From: an uncultured Flavobacteriales bacterium
Lineage (GTDB): Bacteria > Bacteroidota > Bacteroidia > Flavobacteriales_E > Vicingaceae
DNA length: 64,000 nt
Reading direction: 5' to 3'
NCBI GenBank assembly: GCA_963716125.1
Contig: OY970294.1
Location: 3,585,396-3,649,395, forward strand
Every line of letters begins with the position of its first letter. Position 1 is the stretch's first letter. The notes below the pieces were generated by a model, which was given only the letters and a program-made list of their open reading frames with translations, was not told the origin of the DNA and searched no databases. Shown piece by piece: positions 52,013-61,245 of the stretch. Made by a program: the position numbers and the translations under genes.

Positions 52013-52173
52013 CACAAAATACAAATCAATTGTATTTATTCTTTTTTAAAATGCGCCTCTAAAAGTCAGAGTATACAAGTAAATGATAAATTTTATTTAA
52101 AAAAATAGCCCCCCCTATAACAACCTAATATAAAATACGTTATATTTATTGTAATAAATTAAAATTCTAAGCT

Positions 52174-52470
52174 ATGCTTCAAATTTCCCAAAATATCAAA
52201 TTCTTTAGATTGTTACGCAATTTAAAACAATCGTACATCTTTGAAAAACTTCAATTAAATCCTAGAACATATAGTAAGATTGAATTGGGAACAAAATCTC
52301 CAACTGTAGATGAAATGGCCATATTGGCAGAAATTTTTAATATCACTGCTCTCCATCTAAAATATTTCGACCCAAATTTGACCATAAAACTAAGTGAGCA
52401 AGCTGTTAACTTAAAAAGAAACCATAATTATGAAGATGAGCAAATATTGGAAATGTTGAATCCGGAATAA
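52174..52470 (+). CDS. XRE-family helix-turn-helix transcriptional regulator
   Basis: 98 aa. HTH_XRE pattern (LRNLKQSYIFEKLQLNPRTYSKIELGTKSPTVDEMAILAEIFNI). Confidence 0.7.
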   Translation: MLQISQNIKFFRLLRNLKQSYIFEKLQLNPRTYSKIELGTKSPTVDEMAILAEIFNITALHLKYFDPNLTIKLSEQAVNLKRNHNYEDEQILEMLNPE

Positions 52471-52472
52471 AT

Positions 52473-52860
52473 AATTGCTCTTAACTACCGCCGAAACCTG
52501 CAAGGTTTTACCTACAAACTTCAGAACTGATAGATAACAAGCCGACATGAACTAACAAAACCTTGCAGGTTTTTGCTTCGATAAAACACTGTAATTTCAA
52601 TTATCCAACCGTCCTGCAAATTCTAATTGTACATTTTCAATACGCCCGCCGAAGTGCAACGAAGGAGGATTTTCAATTGCTCTTAACTACCTCCGAAACC
52701 TGCAAGGTTTTACCTACAAACTTCAGAACCGATAGATAACAAGCCGATATGAACTAACAAAACCTTGCAGGTTTTTGCTTTGATAAAACATTTTAGTAAA
52801 AACTGTAATTTCAATTATCCAACCGTCCTGCGAATTTGACGAAGGCAAATTCTATGTCAT
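52473..52860. repeat. tandem repeat array 2 (~1.9 units, period ~202 bp) of the same novel repeat family as array 1
   Basis: It starts 3 bp after the XRE gene stop. Units 52475..52676 and 52677..~52860 are >90% identical to each other and ~80% identical to array 1. Confidence 0.8.
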
Positions 52861-52891
52861 TCATTAATAATTAACAATTTACAATTTACAA

Positions 52892-53839
52892 TTAAAAATT
52901 ATAAAAGTTTTCAATTTTCTCCGCCAAAAAGCTAGATAATTTTTCATAAGACTCTATTGTCCATCCAGCTACATGAGGAGATAAAATTACATTTTCAAAA
53001 ACAATTAAATCTTGAAAAACTACTGGTAAATCTTCCTTGCTGAGGTTCTCAAAGGAAAGACTTTCAAATTCTAATACATCCAAACAAGCGCCTAAAACTT
53101 TTTTAGATTTTAATCCATTTACCAATGCTGAGGTGTCTAAACATTTGCCTCTTGCGGTATTGATTATATAAAATGGCTTCTTGCAACCATCTATAAATGA
53201 ATTGTTAAAATAATAATGTGTTTCATCAGTATAAGGTAGATGTAGACTCACTACATCTGATTTTTCTTGAAGTTCTGTTAATGAAACTTCTTTAACAAAT
53301 TCATTTCCAAAGCCATTTTTGTATTTGTCGTGGGCTAATATTTCTACTCCAAAACCTTTCAATCGTTCAGCAAAAGCTTGTCCCATAAATCCATATCCGA
53401 TTATACCAACAGTTTTACCTTTAAGCTCTATACCTCTGTTTTGTTCCCGTTGCCACAATCCATTTCTTACTTCTTGATTGCCTCTTGCAATATGATTGAA
53501 TAAACTTAGCAACATGCCTAATGCATGTTCAGCCACAGCATCTCTGTTTCCTTCCGGAGAATTAAAACATTGAATATTTAGCTTTTTTGCAGTTTCTAAA
53601 TCAATATTTTCCATGCCTGCCCCTGAGCGAGCAATCCATTTTAAGTTGGATGCTTTTTGAAGCAATTCTGCATCAAATTTGAATTTGCTTCTGATAACCG
53701 CACCTTCATATTGATCAATAATGGTTTCAATTTCCACAGGTGTTAAATCTACTTTCCAATCACATTGAAGACCTATTTTTTCTAGTCGTTCTTTTAAAAT
53801 AGGATGAACAGAATCAATGAAAATAACTTTCTCTTTCAT
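52892..53839 (-). CDS. D-isomer-specific 2-hydroxyacid dehydrogenase family protein (NAD-binding)
   Basis: Rossmann motif GIIGYGFMGQAF and the catalytic-domain pattern of the PGDH/GDH family. Confidence 0.8.
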   Translation of the reverse strand: MKEKVIFIDSVHPILKERLEKIGLQCDWKVDLTPVEIETIIDQYEGAVIRSKFKFDAELLQKASNLKWIARSGAGMENIDLETAKKLNIQCFNSPEGNRDAVAEHALGMLLSLFNHIARGNQEVRNGLWQREQNRGIELKGKTVGIIGYGFMGQAFAERLKGFGVEILAHDKYKNGFGNEFVKEVSLTELQEKSDVVSLHLPYTDETHYYFNNSFIDGCKKPFYIINTARGKCLDTSALVNGLKSKKVLGACLDVLEFESLSFENLSKEDLPVVFQDLIVFENVILSPHVAGWTIESYEKLSSFLAEKIENFYNF

Positions 53840-53841
53840 TG

Positions 53842-55200
53842 CTAAAAGACGTTATATAACAATCTGCCGACACCAAAATAAATAAATAGTCCGATAATAT
53901 CATTCATAGTAGTAATAAATGGACCAGTAGCTAAAGCAGGATCTATCTTGTATTTATCTAGTACTAAAGGTACAGCAGTTCCTAATAAAGTAGCGAAAAC
54001 TACTGCCGTAATCAATGATATGCTTACAGTTAAACTCAATGCCCACGAATCAGAGAAAATTAAATTGTAGCTAAATATCAATGATGAACAAAGTACACCA
54101 TTGAGTAAACCAACAGAAAACTCCTTAAAAAGTCTTGAAAAAATAGAATCAAATCCCATCGTTTTATTGGCTAATCCTTGCACTACAATTGCAGAAGATT
54201 GAACTCCTGCATTTCCACCCATTGCCGCAATTAATGGTATAAACATGGCCATTTCAGGGTGAATTTGGATTTGACCTTCATAATTCTCAATCACAATAGA
54301 GCCTAAAATTCCACCAAATAAACCTATTACCAACCATGGAATTCTAGCTTTAGATAAAGACCACACATCATCAGATGATTCCACTTTTTGAGAAAGTCCC
54401 GATGCCATTTGGTAATCCTTATCTGCCTCTTCACGGATAACATCTACCACATCATCAATAGTAATTCTACCAATTAAACGGTTTAATTCATCAATCACAG
54501 GAAGTACCACTAAATCATACTTTTCCATGATGCTGGCTACTTCTTCCGATTTTTCATAAGCTTTTACAGCAGTAACATCTTTGAAATAAACGTCTTCTAC
54601 TTTTGCATTGGTTGGCGCAAGCAATAATTTTTTTAAGGATAAAGTGCCTATTAATTTTGATTGATTGTCAACTACATAAATGGAATAAACATTCTCAATA
54701 TCTTCTGCTTGCTTGCGCATTTCTTTCACGCATTTGAGCATGCTCCAATTCACATTGACTTTTATCAGCTCTTTTGCCATTAAACCACCCGCAGAATCTT
54801 CAGGATAACTTAATAAATCAACAATATCACTTGCTTGCTCTTCATTTTGAATATGAGAGATAACTTCTTCCTTTATCTCATCAGATAATTCTGCCATAAT
54901 ATCGGCAGCATCATCAGAATCCATATTTTCTATAAAAGTTTCTGCAATTTCTTTAGATCCAATAGACTGTAAGAACTTTTCTCTTACGTCTTCTTCTAAT
55001 TCAATAAGAACATCGGCAGCTTTTTCTTTATCAATAAATTTGTAAAGAAGTATGGAGTGTTCCGTATTTAATTCGTCTATAATTTCAGCAATATCAGCAG
55101 GGTGAAGCTCATTGATTTCTATCAAAATCTGAGATTCAGTTCCTTGATCAAGATTATCTCTTAATTCAGCTAAATATTCTTTTGTTAATTCAAACTGCAT
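53842..55200 (-). CDS. mgtE: magnesium transporter MgtE
   Basis: N-terminal MgtE_N, tandem CBS domains and a C-terminal five-TM channel domain. 452 aa. Confidence 0.85.
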   Translation of the reverse strand: MQFELTKEYLAELRDNLDQGTESQILIEINELHPADIAEIIDELNTEHSILLYKFIDKEKAADVLIELEEDVREKFLQSIGSKEIAETFIENMDSDDAADIMAELSDEIKEEVISHIQNEEQASDIVDLLSYPEDSAGGLMAKELIKVNVNWSMLKCVKEMRKQAEDIENVYSIYVVDNQSKLIGTLSLKKLLLAPTNAKVEDVYFKDVTAVKAYEKSEEVASIMEKYDLVVLPVIDELNRLIGRITIDDVVDVIREEADKDYQMASGLSQKVESSDDVWSLSKARIPWLVIGLFGGILGSIVIENYEGQIQIHPEMAMFIPLIAAMGGNAGVQSSAIVVQGLANKTMGFDSIFSRLFKEFSVGLLNGVLCSSLIFSYNLIFSDSWALSLTVSISLITAVVFATLLGTAVPLVLDKYKIDPALATGPFITTMNDIIGLFIYFGVGRLLYNVF

Positions 55201-55287
55201 GAGCGCTTCAATTTGCTGTTGACGAATTTACAATTTTAGCTTCGAAATTGTAAAAATAAATGAGATTTTAATGCTAATAGTGCAAAA

Positions 55288-56067
55288 TTAATCTAATAAC
55301 TTCACTAATTCTATAAATTGAGCAACTGATAACTGCTCTGGTCGTTCATTAAAAATAGGATTTGATTTGATTTCTTCTCTATCTGCAATTAACTGTTTGA
55401 GAGAGTTCCTCATCGTTTTTCTTCTTTGATTAAATGCCATTTTTATAACTGCTTTAAAGCGTTTTTCATCTACTTCTAGTGATTCTACATCATTACGTTG
55501 CAATCGGATGACAGCAGATTTAACTTTTGGTGGAGGATCAAAAACATCTTCATCGACAGTAAATAGATATTCGATGGTAAAAAAAGCTTGCAATAAAACA
55601 CTCAAAATACCATAGGTTTTAAAACCAGGAGGTGCAGCTATTCGTTCAGCCACTTCTTTTTGAAACATGCCAACCACTTCTACTACTTGTGAACGATTAT
55701 CGTATGCTTTAAATAGTATTTGTGATGAAATATTGTAAGGGAAATTGCCTACAATCGAGAACTTCTCATCTCCAAAAATTTCATGCAAATTGTATTTTAA
55801 AAAATCTCCTTCAATGATTCTGTTGTCCTCTAATGCTTCAAAATTTTCTAATAAAAAATCAATAGATTCTCTATCAATATCAATGATATAGGTTTCAAAA
55901 TCTTTTCTTTTGAGTAAATATTTAGTCAGCACACCCATTCCTGGACCCACTTCTATCACTTTACTGTATTTTTCAGTTTGTTGTAAAGCATCTACAGTAT
56001 TGGCTGCAATACTTTCGTCCTTTAAAAAATGTTGTCCTAAATGTTTTTTCGCTCTTACTAATTTCAA
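55288..56067 (-). CDS. rsmA: 16S rRNA (adenine1518-N6/adenine1519-N6)-dimethyltransferase
   Basis: KsgA signature (LGQHFLKD…, SAM-binding VIEVGPGMGVLT, NFPYNISS). Confidence 0.9.
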   Translation of the reverse strand: MKLVRAKKHLGQHFLKDESIAANTVDALQQTEKYSKVIEVGPGMGVLTKYLLKRKDFETYIIDIDRESIDFLLENFEALEDNRIIEGDFLKYNLHEIFGDEKFSIVGNFPYNISSQILFKAYDNRSQVVEVVGMFQKEVAERIAAPPGFKTYGILSVLLQAFFTIEYLFTVDEDVFDPPPKVKSAVIRLQRNDVESLEVDEKRFKAVIKMAFNQRRKTMRNSLKQLIADREEIKSNPIFNERPEQLSVAQFIELVKLLD

Positions 56068-56069
56068 AA

Positions 56070-56381
56070 TTATACCTTTTCTAAGATGCTTCTAAAAGCA
56101 ACAAATTTATCTTTATATCGCTCTGTATGATCTTTTTGTAATTTTGGAGCATGGTTTTTTTGATATTCTTCTAAATCAATCATCGAGGGACAATGATACT
56201 GAATATTATAAGTAATACCACTTTCACCTTCGGCTGCGGTCAATACTTTAGTAATTAAATTCTCAGTAAAATAACCAGTTTTCATTACTTCGGGAATATG
56301 TACATTTTTCATCCAATTTAACCAGTCTTCATGTACCGTATTTTCTAAACTTATTGTTACGCTATATATTATCATTATCAA
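56070..56381 (-). CDS. small conserved hypothetical protein (possibly DUF4286 family), co-oriented downstream of rsmA
   Basis: 103-aa ORF abutting rsmA. The family assignment is from memory only. Confidence 0.45.
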   Translation of the reverse strand: MIMIIYSVTISLENTVHEDWLNWMKNVHIPEVMKTGYFTENLITKVLTAAEGESGITYNIQYHCPSMIDLEEYQKNHAPKLQKDHTERYKDKFVAFRSILEKV

Positions 56382-58232
56382 TTAGTTGATTGAGTCTCCT
56401 CTTAAATTTCTAAAACGTTTTCTAGCTTCTACCACAAAAATACTTCCGCTATAATCCGTTAATATTTTCTTGTAAAGTTCCATAGCTTCCTCTTTCTGGT
56501 TAAGCTTTTCTTCTTTCAATTCTGCCAAATAGAAAGTAGCGTTGTCACCTAATATATCTTGCGAATAAGATTGAACTATTTTAGATAAATAATCCGCTGC
56601 TTGCTGATAATCTTTTTGCTTCAATGAGATTTTATATTTCAAATACAATATTTCATCTTGCAAAGAAGAGGTTGGAAAAAATTGAGGAATAGAATCCAAA
56701 GTATTATTTGCTGCATCAATTTTATTCTGAAAAAGTAATAATTCAGCTCTCGCATACATTTGCAATGGATCTACCAAACTATCTACACCCACATTATCAG
56801 TTATTAATAAAGACAAATCGATAGCATCATTAGAGATTAATTTGGAAGTAGAACCTTTCAATGCATCCAATTGCGCCTGCGACCATAAAAAATCTCCATT
56901 ATAGTAAGATATTTTTGCATTTTTAAACTTTGCTCTTTCCCCCAACTCATCGTATTTAAATTCTTTTTCTACCTGAGAATAGAGTAGGGAAGACTCCCAA
57001 ATTTCTCCCTCAATTAAAAGTACATCAGCCAATTCAATTTTAGCTTCTGCCACACTTTGACGATCAGCACGTGGAATTTCTATCACTTTATTTAAAATAT
57101 CAATTGCTGCAGATGTGCTATCCATATAAAAGGCTAAAAAATGTGCATAATCTGTCATTAAATTAGTAGTTCTTTCATTTTCACCCAAATCAGCAATGGA
57201 AGTTTTATAATGTCCATCTACTTCATATAATTCTGCTTGAGAATAGTCAGAGCTGGATAAAATCTTATCTTTAATAACATCTACTAAGCTAATTCTAGCC
57301 GAATTATAATAAATATTACTTTTTCCTTTTTCTAAAATATAATTAAATGCTTTAATTGCCACATCATAATTTTGGTTGGAATTAGCTAATCTTGCGAGTG
57401 CAAAAATTCGACTTCCGCTTTCATTCAATCTTTTGTCAATTGCTTTAGCCTGAATAAATGCAGCATTAAAATTTTCTTCTTGAATGTACATCCAAATCAA
57501 TAATTCGCTAAAAATCGTTTTGTCTGGATTTTTTTGAATTCTTCCAATCAGGTTTGATTTTAATTTATCCTTCATTTCTCCATTCGGATCAGGATTTAAA
57601 ACCGTTTGCAGCACATTTTGAATACTTTGAAGGTAATTTTCATTGGTTTCCAATACATCCATGTATTGATTAATCATAGCTTCAGTTTCTCCTTTTCTGC
57701 CATATAAATTGGCTAATTGAAAACTATAAGTTAAGGGATCGGATGAGTTTTTTTGTCCTTTTTCAATGGTTTCTATAGCAAAATCATACTCCTCAATTGC
57801 CGCAAAATCATTAGATAAAGAAATAATATTATTGGATGATAAAGGCACTTGTTTGATAGCATCAGAAAAATAGTTTTTTGCTTTTCTTGTATTGCCCGAT
57901 TCGCGTTCAACCCAGCCTAAATCTACACTATAATTGTAATCTATATCGCTATTTCGCATTCTTTTCTTAGCAAGAGAAATAGCCTTACTGTAGTTTTCTT
58001 TTTCTACATATAATTCTAGTAGTCTTTCATAGATGTATGGGAGATCATTTTCTTCATAAATTTCCTCATACAAATCTTGTGCTTTCTCCATTTCTTTTCC
58101 TTGAAAAAAAGCATCAGCCAAATTAATTTTTATTTCTTGACTGTTTTGAGAATGCAGTGTAAGCGCATTTGCCCAACTTATAATTAATAAGCTGAAGATG
58201 TAAATAAAGTTGATATTTAAACGTTTTATCAC
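56382..58232 (-). CDS. tetratricopeptide-repeat protein
   Basis: 616 aa with a signal peptide and multiple TPR-like helical repeats. Confidence 0.65.
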   Translation of the reverse strand: MIKRLNINFIYIFSLLIISWANALTLHSQNSQEIKINLADAFFQGKEMEKAQDLYEEIYEENDLPYIYERLLELYVEKENYSKAISLAKKRMRNSDIDYNYSVDLGWVERESGNTRKAKNYFSDAIKQVPLSSNNIISLSNDFAAIEEYDFAIETIEKGQKNSSDPLTYSFQLANLYGRKGETEAMINQYMDVLETNENYLQSIQNVLQTVLNPDPNGEMKDKLKSNLIGRIQKNPDKTIFSELLIWMYIQEENFNAAFIQAKAIDKRLNESGSRIFALARLANSNQNYDVAIKAFNYILEKGKSNIYYNSARISLVDVIKDKILSSSDYSQAELYEVDGHYKTSIADLGENERTTNLMTDYAHFLAFYMDSTSAAIDILNKVIEIPRADRQSVAEAKIELADVLLIEGEIWESSLLYSQVEKEFKYDELGERAKFKNAKISYYNGDFLWSQAQLDALKGSTSKLISNDAIDLSLLITDNVGVDSLVDPLQMYARAELLLFQNKIDAANNTLDSIPQFFPTSSLQDEILYLKYKISLKQKDYQQAADYLSKIVQSYSQDILGDNATFYLAELKEEKLNQKEEAMELYKKILTDYSGSIFVVEARKRFRNLRGDSIN

Positions 58233-58795
58233 TCTGTAGTTTCTACTTGATTACGAGCCATTACAGCCTTCATTAATGAGTCAGCCACCGGCGATATTTC
58301 TGCATATACTTCTTCACTTTTTTCTATTGATTCTACCATCTTAATAGTATTTTCTGCAATTGCTCCTACATTAGATGCTTCTAATTGATAATAGTTATCA
58401 AATTTATTTTCATCAACTATATTATTTTCAATGTCTTTTTTTAGCGCTTCCAATTGTTTTACTTCTAATTTAGCATCCTTTAATGTTGAGCTAAATTTTT
58501 TGCCGTAAAATTGATAAGTCTTTCTATGTGCTCTATAATCAGAAAGTTTAGCAATTAATGGAGTTGGAATCGAATCGGTTAAATTTAATTGAAGATACTC
58601 TATATGATGCATCATTTTTTTATAATGCTCTGAAATACTTACGCTATCTGTTGCTTCTAATTGTTCAACGTAGGTCTGAGTTTCTTGGATTAATGCTTCT
58701 ACTTTTGCAATATTTTCTTTGTCTTGCTGAGAAGAGCAAGAAACAATAAAACTTAAAACAAGAATTAGACTTGAAATTTTTAGGATATTTTTCAT
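58229..58795 (-). CDS. hypothetical lipoprotein
   Basis: 188 aa. Lipobox LILVLSFIVSCSS. Coiled-coil-like. Confidence 0.5.
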   Translation of the reverse strand: MKNILKISSLILVLSFIVSCSSQQDKENIAKVEALIQETQTYVEQLEATDSVSISEHYKKMMHHIEYLQLNLTDSIPTPLIAKLSDYRAHRKTYQFYGKKFSSTLKDAKLEVKQLEALKKDIENNIVDENKFDNYYQLEASNVGAIAENTIKMVESIEKSEEVYAEISPVADSLMKAVMARNQVETTE

Positions 58796-60066
58796 AATTC
58801 AATTTTATCAAATTTAGTGTAAGGGATTAAAGCTTCAGGTATATTGATGCCATCTTTAGTTTGGTAATTTTCTAGGATTGCAGCGAGTATTCGCGGTAAT
58901 GCCAAAGCACTTCCGTTTAATGTATGCGCCAATTCAGTTTTATTGTTTTCGTTCTTAAATCTCAATTTAAGTCGATTAGCTTGAAAGGTTTCAAAATTAG
59001 AAATCGAACTTACTTCTAACCATTTTTCTTGTGCAGCTGAAAAAACTTCCATATCATAAGTCAAAACAGAGGTAAAGCCCAAATCACCACCGCATAAAAG
59101 AGCAATTCTATAAGGCAATTTCAATTTTCTTAAAAGTCCTTTTACATGCTCCACCATTTGATCCAAAGCTTCATAGCTCTTAGATGGATGTTGAATTTGT
59201 ACTATCTCAACTTTGTCAAATTGATGTAAACGATTTAAACCTCTTACATCTTTGCCATATGAACCTGCTTCTCTTCTAAAACAAGGTGTGTAAGCTGTAT
59301 TCTTAATTGGAAAATCACTTTCCTTTAAAATGACATCTCTATAAATATTAGTTACAGGAACTTCAGCAGTAGGAATAAGATATAAATCATCTACACCTAC
59401 ATGATACATTTGCCCTTCCTTGTCAGGTAATTGCCCAGTTCCAAATCCTGATGCTTCATTGACAAGATGAGGAGGTATAATTTCTTCATACCCTGCCTCT
59501 CTAGCCTCGTCTAAAAAAAAGTTGATAAGAGCTCTTTGCAATATGGCGCCTTTGCCTTTGTATACAGGAAATCCTGCACCAGTAATTTTTACACCTAATT
59601 CAAAATCAATTAAATCATATTTTTTTGCTAAATCCCAATGTGGTGATGTTTCAAAGTCAAATTGAGGCACTTCGCCCTCGTTCAATATTATTTTATTGTC
59701 TGCGTCAGATTTACCTTGTGGGACAATTTCATTGGGAACGTTTGGCAACAGATAAAGCAGTTGTTTTAAATCTTCCTCAATTTTCGATTGATTTTCTTTA
59801 AGATGACTGCTACTTTCTTTTATCAATGCGGCTCTTTCTTTTAAAGTATTTGCTTCTGATGCTTTACCATTTTTAAATAAATCACCAATTTCTTTGGCTA
59901 AGTTATTTGCCTCAGCCAACTGAGTGTCCAATTCTTGCTGTGTCTTAACCCGATCATTGTCTTTTTCGATAATAGCATCGATAGTAGCTGTTCCATCAAA
60001 ATTTCTTTTTTTGTAACGCTCTATAATTAGGTCTTTATTTTCTTTTATGTATTGTAATTGTAACAT
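58792..60066 (-). CDS. serS: serine--tRNA ligase
   Basis: N-terminal coiled-coil arm plus a class II aaRS catalytic core (…TPCFRREAGSYGKDVRGLNRLHQFDKVE…). Confidence 0.9.
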   Translation of the reverse strand: MLQLQYIKENKDLIIERYKKRNFDGTATIDAIIEKDNDRVKTQQELDTQLAEANNLAKEIGDLFKNGKASEANTLKERAALIKESSSHLKENQSKIEEDLKQLLYLLPNVPNEIVPQGKSDADNKIILNEGEVPQFDFETSPHWDLAKKYDLIDFELGVKITGAGFPVYKGKGAILQRALINFFLDEAREAGYEEIIPPHLVNEASGFGTGQLPDKEGQMYHVGVDDLYLIPTAEVPVTNIYRDVILKESDFPIKNTAYTPCFRREAGSYGKDVRGLNRLHQFDKVEIVQIQHPSKSYEALDQMVEHVKGLLRKLKLPYRIALLCGGDLGFTSVLTYDMEVFSAAQEKWLEVSSISNFETFQANRLKLRFKNENNKTELAHTLNGSALALPRILAAILENYQTKDGINIPEALIPYTKFDKIEL

Positions 60067-60120
60067 GTTTGATATCTATTGAAGATGGCAAATATACTAT
60101 TCTATAAGATTGAAATAAAC

Positions 60121-60157
60121 AAAAAAACTCCTCTTAGCTGAGCCGAGAGGAGTTTTA
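60121..60157 (-). terminator. rho-independent terminator downstream of rplU-rpmA (AACTCCTCT…AGAGGAGTT, with T7 on the minus strand)
   Basis: 9-bp perfect stem. The A7 tract on the plus strand gives T7 after the hairpin on the minus strand. Confidence 0.7.
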
Positions 60158-60174
60158 ACTATTTTTTTTAAGTT

Positions 60175-60438
60175 TTATTCGAAACCTTCAGTATCAACTG
60201 AAACAAAAGACTTGCTGTTTGCCTTGGTTTTAAACACAACTACACCATCTTTCAATGCAAATAAGGTATGATCTTTACCAATACCTACATTATCTCCTGG
60301 ATTGTGTTTTGTACCTCTTTGTCTTACAATAATGTTACCTGCTCTCGCAAATTCACCACCAAAAACTTTAACACCTAATCGTTTACTTTCTGAATCTCTT
60401 CCGTTTTTCGAACTACCTACACCTTTCTTATGTGCCAT
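60175..60438 (-). CDS. rpmA: 50S ribosomal protein L27
   Basis: [24 protein letters not shown]… is the L27 N-terminus. Confidence 0.95.
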   Translation of the reverse strand: MAHKKGVGSSKNGRDSESKRLGVKVFGGEFARAGNIIVRQRGTKHNPGDNVGIGKDHTLFALKDGVVVFKTKANSKSFVSVDTEGFE

Positions 60439-60466
60439 GACGTTATGAAATTTTTATCGGTTCGTA

Positions 60467-61159
60467 CTATTTTTTAGAATCATCTGCTTTTTTAGCAGTT
60501 GATTTTTTTGCTTCTTTTTTTGCAATTAAAGCTTTTGCTTGGCTTACCCATTCTTCGTTTGCAATTGAATCTTCACTGATACCATCAATAGCATCTGCAA
60601 TTTTTTCAATGTCTTTTGAAGACAAGTTAACAATTTGTTCAAAAGTAGTAAATCCTACTTTTTCCAATTCTCCTTTATAAACTGGGCCAATTCCTTTGAT
60701 TTTTGTCAAATCATCAGCTTTTTCAGTTTTTGGAGCTGCTTTTTCCTTTGTTGCAGTTTTTGGTTTTTCAGCTTTCACTTCTTCAGTTTTTGCTGCTGGC
60801 TTTGAAGCTGGCTTTGAAGCTGGCTTTGAAGCTGCTTTTTTCAAAGTACCATTACCAATAGCTTCAATTTGAATTTTAGTCATGAACTCACGATGTCCAT
60901 TCTTTTTTCTGAAGCCTTTTCTTCTTTTCTTTTTGAAGACGATCACTTTGTCGCCTTTAAGGTGTTCTAGAATCTTTGCAGATACTAACATACCTTCTAC
61001 AGCCGGGGCGCCAACAGTTATTTTGTCTCCATCGCCAGTCAAAAGGATTCTATCAAACTCAACTTTTGAGCCTTCATCTCCTTCTAAGCGATGTACAAAA
61101 ATCTGCTGATCTTTTTCTACTTTGTATTGTTGCCCTGCTATCTCTACGATTGCGTACAT
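60467..61159 (-). CDS. rplU: 50S ribosomal protein L21 with a ~125-aa Lys/Ala/Pro-rich C-terminal extension
   Basis: N-terminal ~105 aa is L21 (MYAIVEIAGQQYKVEKDQQIFVHRL…). It is followed by KPASKPASKPAAK repeats and a C-terminal helix-hairpin-helix-like segment (IKGIGPVYKGELEKVGFTTFEQIVNL). Confidence 0.85.
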   Translation of the reverse strand: MYAIVEIAGQQYKVEKDQQIFVHRLEGDEGSKVEFDRILLTGDGDKITVGAPAVEGMLVSAKILEHLKGDKVIVFKKKRRKGFRKKNGHREFMTKIQIEAIGNGTLKKAASKPASKPASKPAAKTEEVKAEKPKTATKEKAAPKTEKADDLTKIKGIGPVYKGELEKVGFTTFEQIVNLSSKDIEKIADAIDGISEDSIANEEWVSQAKALIAKKEAKKSTAKKADDSKK

Positions 61160-61245
61160 TTTATACAGCTTTAATTGTTAATAAAAATTTGGAGGGCAAA
61201 AATACAAATAAAATTCTATTTTTCAATAGTTAAATTTAATGCTTT

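Noticed and set aside
48811-52860. CRISPR array
   Set aside because: The repeat period is ~200 bp with internally structured units and no 25-50-bp repeat/spacer alternation. No cas genes are present.
55201-55287. M-box (Mg2+) riboswitch upstream of mgtE
   Set aside because: The 87-bp gap between rsmA and mgtE is too short for the ~160-nt M-box, and no conserved M-box motifs were seen. mgtE is probably co-transcribed with the upstream genes.
60882-61233. Two plus-strand ORFs (75 and 85 aa)
   Set aside because: Antisense to rplU, arising from the Lys/Ala-rich repeat region. Spurious.
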